Assembly (NCBI GenBank): GCA_942492005.1
Contig: CALOED010000303.1
Span: 9,823 to 73,822 of the forward strand
DNA length: 64,000 nucleotides
Direction: 5' to 3'
Source: an uncultured Saprospiraceae bacterium
Lineage (GTDB): Bacteria > Bacteroidota > Bacteroidia > Chitinophagales > Saprospiraceae
Below, in pieces: positions 1 through 10,073 of the stretch (the stretch's first letter is position 1; the number at the start of each line of letters is the position of its first letter). Below the pieces are notes generated by a model. That model was not told the DNA's origin and did not search any database. It saw only the letters and a program-made list of their open reading frames with translations. The position numbers and the translations under genes were made by a program.

Positions 1-248
1 GCGCATTTGAGCGTTTGGAAGATGGAACGTATCAAGTGAATTTTGATAAACTGCAATCGGCAGCTAATGATTTATCGCAGTTGATTTTGCAATTGCAAGG
101 CGACGGCGATGTGAAAGGTGTTGAAAAATTGGTAGAAGAAAAAGGCAAAATTGGCGAACAATTGCAAGCTGATTTGGATAGACTTTCAGCTAAAGGCATT
201 CCGGTAGATGTTGTTTTTGAACAAGGCGTGCAAGCGTTAGGATTGTAA
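1..248 (+). CDS. 3' end of a gene starting upstream of the window (product not recognised)
   Basis: Frame is open from base 3 to the TAA at 246-248. The 77-aa ORF in the track is its tail. Confidence 0.5.
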   Translation, partial: AFERLEDGTYQVNFDKLQSAANDLSQLILQLQGDGDVKGVEKLVEEKGKIGEQLQADLDRLSAKGIPVDVVFEQGVQALGL

Positions 249-282
249 TTTTTTTTTTAAATGAACTTTCAAAACTAATAGT

Positions 283-699
283 ATGGCTAAGTTAAAAACG
301 ACGCTCAACGAAGGAAGTGTTTTTGATTTTCTGAATAGCGTGGAAGACGAAAAAAAACGCAATGATGCTTTTGCGATTTGCGAAATCATGGAAGAAGTCA
401 CGGGGCAGCCGCCTAAAATGTGGGGAACGAGCATCGTAGGTTTTGGAGAATATCATTATAAATATGCTTCGGGCAGAGAAGGAGACTTTATGGCAGCGGG
501 GTTTTCGCCTCGCAAAACGAGTTTGACGCTTTATATCATGGCTGGTTTTGATAGATATGATACGCTGATGGCGCAACTCGGCAAATTCAAAACGGGCAAG
601 TCGTGCTTGTATGTCAAGAAATTAGAAGATATTGATGTAGAAGTATTAAAAACGCTCGTGAAGGAGTCGTATGATTATATTGTGAATAAGGAATGGTAA
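283..699 (+). CDS. DUF1801 (YdhG-like) domain protein
   Basis: 138-aa ORF. Its size and sequence resemble the YdhG/DUF1801 family from memory. No catalytic motif was seen. Confidence 0.6.
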   Translation: MAKLKTTLNEGSVFDFLNSVEDEKKRNDAFAICEIMEEVTGQPPKMWGTSIVGFGEYHYKYASGREGDFMAAGFSPRKTSLTLYIMAGFDRYDTLMAQLGKFKTGKSCLYVKKLEDIDVEVLKTLVKESYDYIVNKEW

Positions 700-799
700 A
701 AAAATGGCTGCTAGTTCTTTGAATTTCTATTTAAATGAGCTAGCAGCCATTTTTTGTTTTTTAAATTTTTTCATCAAACAAAATAAAAGCCATTCTTTT

Positions 800-1690
800 T
801 TACATAATCACACCATTTTTAGCTTCAATAGGTTTTGGTATTTCTGCTGCACCTAACATTTGCAAAATATTAATTTCGATGGTGCGAGAGAGCGCAGTCA
901 TAGGCGTGTCGTTTGGCGCATTTTCAAAGGGTCTTTGCAAATCAATCGCCATGTGTTCGATGGTAAGGAATAAAAATGCGACAATCCCAGCTATGAAAAC
1001 AGTAAAAAAGCCCATCTCTTTCATAATACCAAACGGCAACGAAATCACGAAAGTCATAATAGTGAAATGAATATAAAAACTGTATTGAGTCGGGAAATAG
1101 GTATTTTTAATGCGTTCGCATTTTCCCATCGAGTCCGTTAAATTTTGGACGAGGCTGCTGATTTGAATGTATTGGTAAGTATCCAAATTGCCCAGTTCGT
1201 GTTGTTTTTTCAATTGGCGTTCGTGCAATAGGAGGAGCGCATTAGGGATATTACTTTGTTTTTTTACAAAATCAATTTCCTCTGCCGATAGATATTTTTC
1301 AATAGCAGGCATCACTTCTTGCTGCCTTAGGCTTCTAGAAAGTGCATAATTCCATGCAATCTGACGTTGTGCCAATCGCTCTATTTCATGGGTATCTGAT
1401 AGATTAGCCAAGGTTTGGCGCACAAGGCTTCGGCTATCATTCACGATTGCGCCCCAAATCTGACGGGCTTCCCACCAACGCCCATAAGAAGCATTGGTAC
1501 GAAATGCGAGTATCAAAGAAATGGTAGTGCCTATGATACTAGGAATGCCGAGCGGAATGGCTAAAAAACTCCAATTCTCATGGGTAGTGTATAATTCTAC
1601 TGTAATGGCACTCACTGTCATTACGACAATGACGTTAATCCACGAGCTAGAATGGACTTCTGAAAGTTTAAATCGGTGTTTAACGTACAT
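800..1690 (-). CDS. bestrophin/YneE (UPF0187) family ion channel
   Basis: 296 aa with hydrophobic helices and the family-typical YGRWWEARQIWG motif. Confidence 0.75.
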   Translation of the reverse strand: MYVKHRFKLSEVHSSSWINVIVVMTVSAITVELYTTHENWSFLAIPLGIPSIIGTTISLILAFRTNASYGRWWEARQIWGAIVNDSRSLVRQTLANLSDTHEIERLAQRQIAWNYALSRSLRQQEVMPAIEKYLSAEEIDFVKKQSNIPNALLLLHERQLKKQHELGNLDTYQYIQISSLVQNLTDSMGKCERIKNTYFPTQYSFYIHFTIMTFVISLPFGIMKEMGFFTVFIAGIVAFLFLTIEHMAIDLQRPFENAPNDTPMTALSRTIEINILQMLGAAEIPKPIEAKNGVIM

Positions 1691-1867
1691 TTAGGTTCTT
1701 TTTTTTAAATATCAAATAATAGGCTTGGTTTTATCCGATTTTTCTATCCTCGCCTATTTCGTTGGAATAATCGCAAATTTAACCCAACTTTGCAAAAAGA
1801 GAAAAGATAAATTCAAACAACATTGACGAGATTTGTCAAATAATCTTCTTTTTTATAAAAAATACAA

Positions 1868-2548
1868 ATGATTACAGGGGAAACTTATTTCGGGCGAGTG
1901 ATAGAATGGGATGCAGATACCAAAACGGGTATGGTGCAAACGGAAGATAAATCGGTGTATTTTTTTAATGAAAAAGACTGCAAAGATGCGGTTAAAATAC
2001 GGCAATTAGTCGCCTTTCAGTTGGCACAAAAACCTCGCAAACAAGCCAAAAGCATTCAACAAATTTATATTTCAAAAGATAAAATACGCATCATAGACCG
2101 CAGAAAAAGCCATTTGCACACAGGAATTACGCCTCAACTATTAAAAGCAGTGTGCCAAAAAATAACTTGCGACAAACAGAAAACCATCAAGCAGCAAGTT
2201 AATTTTGATAAACCCATCGGTACGAATGTTTGTGTGAAAATAACGGATGAAGATGAACTCATTTACGCTATTCGGGCAGGCAGATACGGGCATTCTCAAT
2301 TCGTTTTGAACCGTGAACCCGAACCCACCAACAGCATGACAATTGTGCTAAAAAAGAACAGAAACCATTACAAAATACTGACGGCTTATATTGGCACTAT
2401 GTCGGAATTAGAACCCAAAGACCGTCGAGCGTCTATTCAGTCCATTCAGTTTTGGAAAAAACACGCCTTAGTTTTTGGAAGCGAACCCATTATAAAAGAT
2501 TCACTGACCAAAGACTGCCCATGGAAACATAGGGAAATGGAAGCCTAA
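1868..2548 (+). CDS. hypothetical protein
   Basis: 226-aa ORF with ordinary composition. No motif recognised. Confidence 0.55.
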   Translation: MITGETYFGRVIEWDADTKTGMVQTEDKSVYFFNEKDCKDAVKIRQLVAFQLAQKPRKQAKSIQQIYISKDKIRIIDRRKSHLHTGITPQLLKAVCQKITCDKQKTIKQQVNFDKPIGTNVCVKITDEDELIYAIRAGRYGHSQFVLNREPEPTNSMTIVLKKNRNHYKILTAYIGTMSELEPKDRRASIQSIQFWKKHALVFGSEPIIKDSLTKDCPWKHREMEA

Positions 2549-2553
2549 AATAC

Positions 2554-2579
2554 TTGAACCTGTCGGCCGACAGGTTCAA
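2554..2579. terminator. palindromic hairpin between convergent genes
   Basis: 26-nt perfect palindrome TTGAACCTGTCGGCCGACAGGTTCAA, 6 nt after the stop at 2548 and upstream of the stop of the minus-strand gene at 2632. Confidence 0.55.
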
Positions 2580-2631
2580 AACTAAAAATTAACCGCTCCT
2601 TCTTATACAACATAAATATTTGAAAAGGGTA

Positions 2632-3711
2632 TTACATCAAAATACCATTTTTTGCCTCGATGCTTGGTGGCAAATCCGTTTCGCCGAGCATTTCACGCAA
2701 GTCAATTTCTATCACTCGACAGAGCGAAAGCATCGGAATATCATTTGCCATACCTTGAAATGGGTTCTCAGAATAGTCGCCTATTACTTCCATCATCACA
2801 TATACCCAACCTACCAAAGCCGTGATAGGAATAGCAAACCAAAAACCCATTTCGCCCAATTTCATCAGTTCTGGAATCATACTAAACGGCAGAAGCAGCA
2901 AGAAAATGCCTACGAAATAAAAACTCATATTGGCATACTGACGAGGCAGTGGGAATTTTTTGATGCGCTCGCATTTGCCTTGATGCTCATAGAAATGATA
3001 TAAAATTTGCTGCAATTCCATCTGGCGGAAATCATCAATTAAATCATCTTTGCGGAGTTCTTGTAAGTTTCGAGATTGTTCGTTGATGATTTGAGTTGCC
3101 GTATTGACATGATTAATCAATCGGTCGTGTTCCTCGGCAGGTAAGAAATTTTTCAGTTCGGTCTGTGTCACTTCATCAGCTACCAACCCAACGCCAAAAG
3201 ACTCCTGATAACGCCTTGCAAGCCGCCCAACGCCACCTCCTTGATTGATGTGTTCCCATGGCGCACTGACCAACAATTGACTGCGCAAAGCATATAACCA
3301 ACCGATATGACGATAAATTAATCGTTTTTTGATAGTATACATATGCTCATCCGAAGCGTCTTCATCTCTAAATTGATTGGAAATAAAGCTATCCACATAA
3401 CTGCCCCATGCTCGGCTACTATTAATAATCGCACCCCAAATCTTTCGAGCTTCCCACATTCTATCGTAAGCACTGTTGTTCTTAAAACCCACGTAGAACG
3501 CTACTGCTGTACCAATGACGGAAATCGGCAACCACGGAATTGCAAATTGAATAACCTCATACTTATACAAAAGCGCAATAAGCGTAGAGCAAGCCGACAG
3601 CCAAATAACATGGTGTCCTGACCATTTGAGGACTTTGATTAAACTAATACTTTTAGTAATTAACATAGCTTTTTGTTTTGATGTTCTTTTTATTAAAAAT
3701 CGACTCGCCAA
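2632..3711 (-). CDS. bestrophin/YneE family ion channel (paralogue of 800..1690)
   Basis: 359 aa. It has a YDRMWEARKIWG motif and the same C-terminal ...EAKNG(I/V)(L/I)M ending as the 296-aa protein. Confidence 0.75.
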   Translation of the reverse strand: MASRFLIKRTSKQKAMLITKSISLIKVLKWSGHHVIWLSACSTLIALLYKYEVIQFAIPWLPISVIGTAVAFYVGFKNNSAYDRMWEARKIWGAIINSSRAWGSYVDSFISNQFRDEDASDEHMYTIKKRLIYRHIGWLYALRSQLLVSAPWEHINQGGGVGRLARRYQESFGVGLVADEVTQTELKNFLPAEEHDRLINHVNTATQIINEQSRNLQELRKDDLIDDFRQMELQQILYHFYEHQGKCERIKKFPLPRQYANMSFYFVGIFLLLLPFSMIPELMKLGEMGFWFAIPITALVGWVYVMMEVIGDYSENPFQGMANDIPMLSLCRVIEIDLREMLGETDLPPSIEAKNGILM

Positions 3712-3741
3712 CTCAACAGAGGTATCAATCCCAATTGATAC

Positions 3742-6075
3742 TTAGTAATCACTACGCCTTGCAAGTGCGTCGAAATAATTAAAAGCGACGTTTTGTTGGT
3801 TGGTAATATTTTGAATGTCAAGAGCGAAAGTATGCGTTCTGAAAGGGCTATTGGGCATTTTATCAGAAAATATTTCCTTCTTCCAATAGAAACGAACATC
3901 TAAGCGAAAGACATCGGGCTGCTGGTCGGTAAAGGCTTGATTTTCAAGATAAAGGGTTCTTCCAGCTTGCTGAGAAGCCGTTAGGTCAATGGGCGTTGTG
4001 CGAAAACCGCCCGCATATACGGCTCTTCCATACATACCAATTTTACGTAAAATAACTCGATTTTTATCATTGATGCGCCGCTTTATCCAATCTTTTCCAA
4101 CAAAAATATTAGCAATCGTATTGCCATTGTATCGAGTATTGCGCCATTCGCCATCGCCGCCTTTATACTTAGATTGATAAAGGGTTAGGTTGGTTGAAAT
4201 ATAAAAATTCTGGTCAAAGTTTTTGCGATAAGAGAGTTCTAGCCCGTAATTCTGTCCTACGCCCTCATTGGCAAGCGTATCTGTAATAAAGCTATTCAAA
4301 TCATTAATTACTGAAAATGAACGGTCAGCCGCATTCGCAATCGGAATATCAAATAAATATTGGTAGTAGCCTTGAATTTGGAAGGCATATTTGCCATAGC
4401 GAGATTCTTTGAGGTATTTCAAATTGAGATGGTGCGAGCGAGTAAAGTCCAAATTTTGGTTGATGCGTTCGCCCAAATTATTGGCACTTAAATACACTTC
4501 TGGAGCTTGCAACTGACTGTGCAAGCCATAAGACAGCGTTAAATCTCCTCGACGACCAGGTAGATTTTTGATGTAAGTCACACGAGGCTCTACGGAGTAC
4601 GAACCATTTTCAGTATAAATCATAGAATGCAGACCAAATCGCAAGTAGTAATTGGAATTTTTGAAAAGCAAATAGCCCAGGCTAGGTTGAATCAACCAGC
4701 CATTTTGTGTGCCGTTTGCTCGAAAATTTGCGGTGCTATCGAAGTTATACAATTGATAATTGAGCTGGCTGGCGTTGAGTTCTGCGCTAAAATTATAGTA
4801 GCGGTACTTGGTGCGAAACGAAAATCGACGATGCTGTAAGCTATCCTGTTGCGTTAAAGTAGCATTGAAATTATCATCCAAACGGTTGCCCTTTCTCACG
4901 GCATTCCATATCGAATAAGCCACCGTCGTTTCAAAATAATGTTGGTTTTTAGAAAACTGATGCGATACGCCCGTGATGTTAGTTGCCGAATAAAAATCAA
5001 TATCAAATCTATCCTTTTGGACTTCCCAATTGGCGGTATCTCGTTGAGTTCTGAATATATTGCTACTCAATCCTGAGATATTGAAAAGGGTAAAGTTGCC
5101 ATATTTTTTAGTTGGAAAAAAGACGCTCAAATTGGCATCTATAAACGAAATTTTTTCACCTCCAAAATCCAAACCAAAGCCATTCGCCAACAGCCCAACG
5201 GTAGAATATCGCACACTTGCATTATAAAAAGAACCTTTCTCTCGATTGATAGCCCCTTTCGAGAGTGCTTCTAGTCCAATCAAGCCTATTTGTATAGAAT
5301 GTTGGTTGCGTTTTGGCATTTCTTTATTGATTCTCATATCCAATATGCCGCCCGTCGCATTACCCAATCCTGTGTTGAATGCGCCATTATAAAATGCCGT
5401 AGATTGAAAAAATTGAGGCTTTATCATATTCACACCGCCGCCCGAAGTGGTGATTCTATCGCTAGATGTACCCGCATTTGGGGTATGATTGGGGTTGGGA
5501 ATTTCGATTCCTTCCAAGTACCATTTCAAGCTATTCGGATTGTTGCCACGCACCGAGATGATATTGGTGCCATCGTCCACTACGTTCACGCCAGCGAGGA
5601 GAGAAGCCGTTCGTCCGGGGTCGTCATATACGGCAGGAGCTTCGTAAATCTCTTTGCTCGTGAGTACTGGCGAAAATTTGGGCGACCAAATTTCTATCGG
5701 CACTCCAATACTTTTATTCAATTCGTCCATGATAATCTTCAAACTAATGACTTTTCCTGCTCCTATCGTTACATTTTGTGTTTTATTTTGAAATCCGACA
5801 TAAGAAATTTGTAGAGTATAAGCCCCTGTTTTTAGTTTTTCTAATATGAAAATACCATTTTCGTCAGTAATTGCACCTGTTTCTAAAATATCCGTATTTG
5901 CTTGCAATACTCGAATATTTGCACCAATCATTGGTTCTCCGTCGGCATCCATTACAAAACCCCTCAATGTGCCGAAGTCTTGTGCTAAGATATGGACATT
6001 GAAAAAAAATAGCAAACCGAACATCAAAACGTTCTGTTTGCTATTTGTTACCCTGTTTTTCATTCGTATATTCAT
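3742..6075 (-). CDS. TonB-dependent receptor with N-terminal CarboxypepD_reg-like domain
   Basis: 777 aa with a signal peptide and a GTLRGFV..DENG..GAYTLQISYVGF carboxypeptidase-regulatory-like fold. The rest is beta-barrel-like and ends in an aromatic residue. Confidence 0.8.
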   Translation of the reverse strand: MNIRMKNRVTNSKQNVLMFGLLFFFNVHILAQDFGTLRGFVMDADGEPMIGANIRVLQANTDILETGAITDENGIFILEKLKTGAYTLQISYVGFQNKTQNVTIGAGKVISLKIIMDELNKSIGVPIEIWSPKFSPVLTSKEIYEAPAVYDDPGRTASLLAGVNVVDDGTNIISVRGNNPNSLKWYLEGIEIPNPNHTPNAGTSSDRITTSGGGVNMIKPQFFQSTAFYNGAFNTGLGNATGGILDMRINKEMPKRNQHSIQIGLIGLEALSKGAINREKGSFYNASVRYSTVGLLANGFGLDFGGEKISFIDANLSVFFPTKKYGNFTLFNISGLSSNIFRTQRDTANWEVQKDRFDIDFYSATNITGVSHQFSKNQHYFETTVAYSIWNAVRKGNRLDDNFNATLTQQDSLQHRRFSFRTKYRYYNFSAELNASQLNYQLYNFDSTANFRANGTQNGWLIQPSLGYLLFKNSNYYLRFGLHSMIYTENGSYSVEPRVTYIKNLPGRRGDLTLSYGLHSQLQAPEVYLSANNLGERINQNLDFTRSHHLNLKYLKESRYGKYAFQIQGYYQYLFDIPIANAADRSFSVINDLNSFITDTLANEGVGQNYGLELSYRKNFDQNFYISTNLTLYQSKYKGGDGEWRNTRYNGNTIANIFVGKDWIKRRINDKNRVILRKIGMYGRAVYAGGFRTTPIDLTASQQAGRTLYLENQAFTDQQPDVFRLDVRFYWKKEIFSDKMPNSPFRTHTFALDIQNITNQQNVAFNYFDALARRSDY

Positions 6076-6112
6076 TTTTCTTTGTTTTATTTTTTTGCAA
6101 AAATAAGGAAAA

Positions 6113-7000
6113 TCAAATAGGTTTTTGGGATGAAATGATTGAGTTTTGAAGTAATGGATTGACTTCTAAGTTCATCAAATGATAATCAAGGCGAATCGAG
6201 TCGTTTATTTTAAAATGATTGAGCGAAGTGGAGACCGTGATGATGTTTTCTCCAATTTGCACTTGCAACCAATTCTTGCCTTCCTTCTTTTGGATAGCTA
6301 TCACGATGCCTTTGAGCTGGATGTTTTGAAGCTCAAAAAAATCGCTTGCTCTTTCGTTTCTTATAATTTTACCTTCTTCGAGTTCCAGTACGCTATCCGA
6401 AAGTTTTAGAATTTCGGAAGCGTCGTGGCTGACAAGAATGGTGGTGAGTTGGTATTCTTGATGGACTTGTAGGAGGTGGGTTTGGAGTTTTTGGCGCATA
6501 GCGAGGTCGAGGGCAGAGAGCGGCTCGTCGAGCAAAAGGATTTTGGGGCGTTGCACCAATGCCCTCGCCAAAGCGACTCGTTGCTGTTGTCCGCCCGAGA
6601 GAGTGTGTGGTTTTCGGTGTTGGAGTTCGCCTAGTTCGATGATTTCAATAAGTTCTTGTATGATTTTTGGGTTTTGGTTTTTGAGTAATGCAAATTCCAA
6701 ATTTTTGAGTACCGTCATATTGGGAAACAAGGCGTAATCTTGGAATAAGAAGCCTATTTGCCGTTTTTGAGGTGTGAGGTTTATTTTTTTGAAACTGTCA
6801 AAATAGGTTTTTCCTTGCACTGTAATCATTCCTTTATCGGGCGAGAGCAGGCCGGCGAGCGTCCTCAGAATGGTCGTTTTTCCTGCGCCAGATTTGCCAT
6901 ATAATGTTACAAAACTCCCTGCTTCGATGCTAAAATTCACATCCAACAACATTTTTCCACCTGCGGCATAAAGCCCTTTTTGTATTGCTACTTTTACCAT
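6113..7000 (-). CDS. ABC transporter ATP-binding protein with C-terminal TOBE-like extension (ModC-like)
   Basis: Walker A GKSGAGKT, signature LSGGQQQR, Walker B ILLLDEP, and a ~70-aa C-terminal extension. No permease gene is adjacent. Confidence 0.8.
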   Translation of the reverse strand: MVKVAIQKGLYAAGGKMLLDVNFSIEAGSFVTLYGKSGAGKTTILRTLAGLLSPDKGMITVQGKTYFDSFKKINLTPQKRQIGFLFQDYALFPNMTVLKNLEFALLKNQNPKIIQELIEIIELGELQHRKPHTLSGGQQQRVALARALVQRPKILLLDEPLSALDLAMRQKLQTHLLQVHQEYQLTTILVSHDASEILKLSDSVLELEEGKIIRNERASDFFELQNIQLKGIVIAIQKKEGKNWLQVQIGENIITVSTSLNHFKINDSIRLDYHLMNLEVNPLLQNSIISSQKPI

Positions 7001-7188
7001 TCTGTGTTTTAAAACTGGAATTTTTGAGCAAAAAACTCATTCAAAGTTAATATTTAGAAAATAAGAAAAAAATAAACCGAACCATATTAACTTGAATCAC
7101 TACTAGGCGTTTTTCGGTAGAGCTATAAAAAAAACCTTAACACTTTTCAGTGCTAAGGCTTGCTGTATTCAATCACAGGGGCGGGGGG

Positions 7189-7347
7189 TTAAAGTGTTTT
7201 TATGATTTTTTCGGTTATAATTTTTTCGCCTTGTATAAGCGAAATGAAGTATTGACCTTCTGGAAGGTCAGCAAGATTAATATCTCCGCCTTGTTGCCAC
7301 TCAAATTCTAGGATAGCGTTTCCGTGCATGTCAAATATCTTAATCAT
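7189..7347 (-). pseudogene. orphan fragment of a T9SS C-terminal sorting domain
   Basis: My translation gives a 52-aa ORF: MIKIFDMHGNAILEFEWQQGGDINLADLPEGQYFISLIQGEKIITEKIIKTL. This matches only the last two-thirds of a Por/T9SS CTD. An upstream in-frame stop lies at 7387-7389, so there is no cargo domain. Confidence 0.5.
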
Positions 7348-7671
7348 AGCGATATATTTAGCGTATAGTATATTAAAAAATTTAACTCATTAATAGTAGG
7401 TACTTAAAATGTTTTGATGTTTGCTTTTTTATTTCACACCTTTTTGAGAAGATTTTGATTAAATTTTTTTAGTGAGTATTAGTGTTTTATTTATCGGTTT
7501 TGGTCGTAATGTATCAGGTAAGCCCAGTGTGAATTTGAGTGCTATGACTTGTGAATTTAAGCGATAAAAAAGAAGATGTTGGTACTCCTAAGAATACCAA
7601 CATGGTCGTTGATTTGTATCCAAAAGGATGATTAAAACTATCAATGTGAACTTATCATGCTTATTGCTAAA

Positions 7672-8109
7672 TTATTTATTTTCATTTTCAGCAATTGTAG
7701 CAGCCTCATTGTTGTTGAAATCTATCAATTTTACGTTTTTCGGTATAAAAATGGTGTAACTGATACTTTCGATAAGCAAATCCCCTTTAGCGTTAATTGG
7801 AATATTCTTTTTATAATTAGGTTGAATAATCAAAGATGGATCTTCATCAGATAATTGAATATCATATCTACCTTTCATAATCAAATATTTCATGGTGTAA
7901 AGGTCAGCATTTTTATAAATAATCTCCATTTGTACTCTTACCGCATTGTCATCATCCCAAAATTGTGTTTGTACATTACCATCAAGATTAACGGTGATAA
8001 CTTCCAAATCTCCAATATTTAAAGTTTTTACAAGCGTTTTATTAGCTGTTTGTTGAGCATTTAGACCAAAAGAGCAAAGCATTAAAAAGAATAATGTTAA
8101 TTTTTTCAT
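7672..8109 (-). CDS. hypothetical secreted protein
   Basis: 145 aa with N-terminal signal peptide MKKLTLFFLMLCSFGLNAQQ. Confidence 0.6.
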   Translation of the reverse strand: MKKLTLFFLMLCSFGLNAQQTANKTLVKTLNIGDLEVITVNLDGNVQTQFWDDDNAVRVQMEIIYKNADLYTMKYLIMKGRYDIQLSDEDPSLIIQPNYKKNIPINAKGDLLIESISYTIFIPKNVKLIDFNNNEAATIAENENK

Positions 8110-8295
8110 AGCGTCGTTTTTTTTTGAGCATAGTGTAATGCAGTATATATAGTAATTGTTGTTTGTTAATTATACTGCATGATATGACTTTATAAGGAGA
8201 TTCTTCGGATAGTCTGATATTTGAGATACTATGAGAAAATTTCTGCGAGGTGTTTTGTACCGAAAAAATGTGACATTAAAAATGGGCTAGAATAG

Positions 8296-8336
8296 CAAAA
8301 GCGCAGCCTTGTAATAAAATACAAAACTGCGCTTTC
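8296..8336 (-). terminator. putative rho-gene terminator hairpin
   Basis: AAAGCGCAG ... CTGCGCTTT 9-bp stem about 35 nt downstream of the rho stop. Flanks are T/A-rich on both sides. Confidence 0.4.
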
Positions 8337-8368
8337 TTTGAGCAATAGCCCCAAATAGCTTAAAAAAA

Positions 8369-10073
8369 TTAGCCATTCATCGAAATCAAAAACTCATCAT
8401 TATTGCGAGTTCCTTTCATTTGATTTTTCAAAAATCGCATTGCCTCTTCTGGATTCATATCACCTATATGTCGGCGCAATATCCACATACGATTCAGCGT
8501 CTCGCTATCCATGAGTAAGTCCTCACGTCGAGTGCTGGATTTGTTAATATCAATAGCAGGGAAAATCCGTTTATTCGCCAATCCTCGGTCAAGTTGAAGC
8601 TCCATGTTACCTGTACCTTTAAATTCTTCAAAGATAACGCTATCCATTTTAGAACCCGTATCGGTCAGCGCAGTAGCAAGTATTGTAAGAGAACCGCCAT
8701 TCTCGATGTTACGAGCTGCACCAAAGAACTGTTTGGGCTTGTGCAAAGCATTTGCTTCCACACCACCCGACAATACCTTACCACTAGCAGGAGCTACGGT
8801 GTTGTGCGCTCTTGCCAAACGAGTAATCGAATCCAAGAGAATAACTACATCGTGACCACATTCTACTAAGCGTTTCGCCTTTTCTAGTACAATGCTTGAC
8901 ACTCGAACATGACGTTCTGCAGGCTCGTCAAAAGTAGAAGCAACTACTTCTGCTCTTACGCTACGTTGCATATCTGTTACCTCCTCTGGGCGTTCGTCTA
9001 TCAATAATATTATCAAATAACACTCTGGATGATTTTTAGCGATAGCATTGGCAATATCCTTCAAAAGGAAAGTTTTACCCGTTTTAGGCTGTGCCACAAT
9101 CAATCCACGCTGTCCTTTCCCAAGAGGCGAGAACAAATCAATAATTCGAGTAGGATAATGAGTTGGCCCTAAAGGAATATTGAATTTTTCTTGCGGAAAA
9201 AGAGGAGTGAGGTAGTCGAAAGGTACTCTATCTCTAGCTTCTAAAGGCTCACGACCATTGATTAAAGTCACTTTTAGTAGCGCAAAATATTTTTCGCCTT
9301 CTTTTGGAGGACGAATAGCACCCTGCACAGTATCACCTGTTCTTAATCCGAATAATTTGATTTGAGAAGGCGATACATATATATCATCTGGAGAAGTCAA
9401 ATAATTGTAATCCGATGAACGTAAGAAACCATAGCCATCAGGCATCATTTCCAAAATACCCTCTCCTTCGATGATACCATCAAATTCGATATTGAATCGA
9501 GTATTTCGGCCACGTTTTTCTCGGTCTTTATTGTCTCGGTTATCACGATTGTCACGATTATCACGATTGTCCTTGTTACTTTTATTATCACGAGAGCTTT
9601 TTTCCTCTTTTTTGTAACGTTTTTCTTCCGCAGGCGGTGGCGTTTTGACTTCTTCTTTCTTCGCTTTTTCAGCCTTTTCGACCTCTTTCAGCGCAGGAGT
9701 AAGCCATTTCTTTCAAAAACTCTTCTTCTGTAATAATTTCTACCTCTGGCGCAACTTTCTTTTTGCGTCCACGGCTTTTATTTTTTTCCTCCTTCGCTTT
9801 TTCTTCTTCCGCTCTAGCTTCTTCCATTTCAGCTTTAGTACGACGACGACGCTTAGGTTTATTATCTACTTCTTCTTTAGTAGTTGTTTGTATTTCTTCT
9901 TCGTTTTGGTCGGCAGGAGGCGTATTTTTATTGCCTTCGATAGCTTGGTGGTCAAGAATTTTATAAATCAATTCTTGTTTGGAGAGCTTTTTATACTGGG
10001 TTAAGCCAATTCTATCTGCGATGTCTCGCAGTTCTGGCACCAGCATTTCGTTTAATTGCAAAATGTCGTACAT
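8369..10073 (-). pseudogene. rho: transcription termination factor Rho, reading frame interrupted by a 1-nt shift in the N-terminal insertion domain
   Basis: The 9672..10073 frame encodes the Rho N-terminal domain (MYDILQLNEMLVPELRDIADRIGL...). The frame open over 8369..9712 encodes the charged linker, the CSD-like RNA-binding domain and the ATPase ([17 protein letters not shown]). 10073-9454 is not a multiple of 3. The two open frames overlap only at 9672-9712. Confidence 0.85.
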
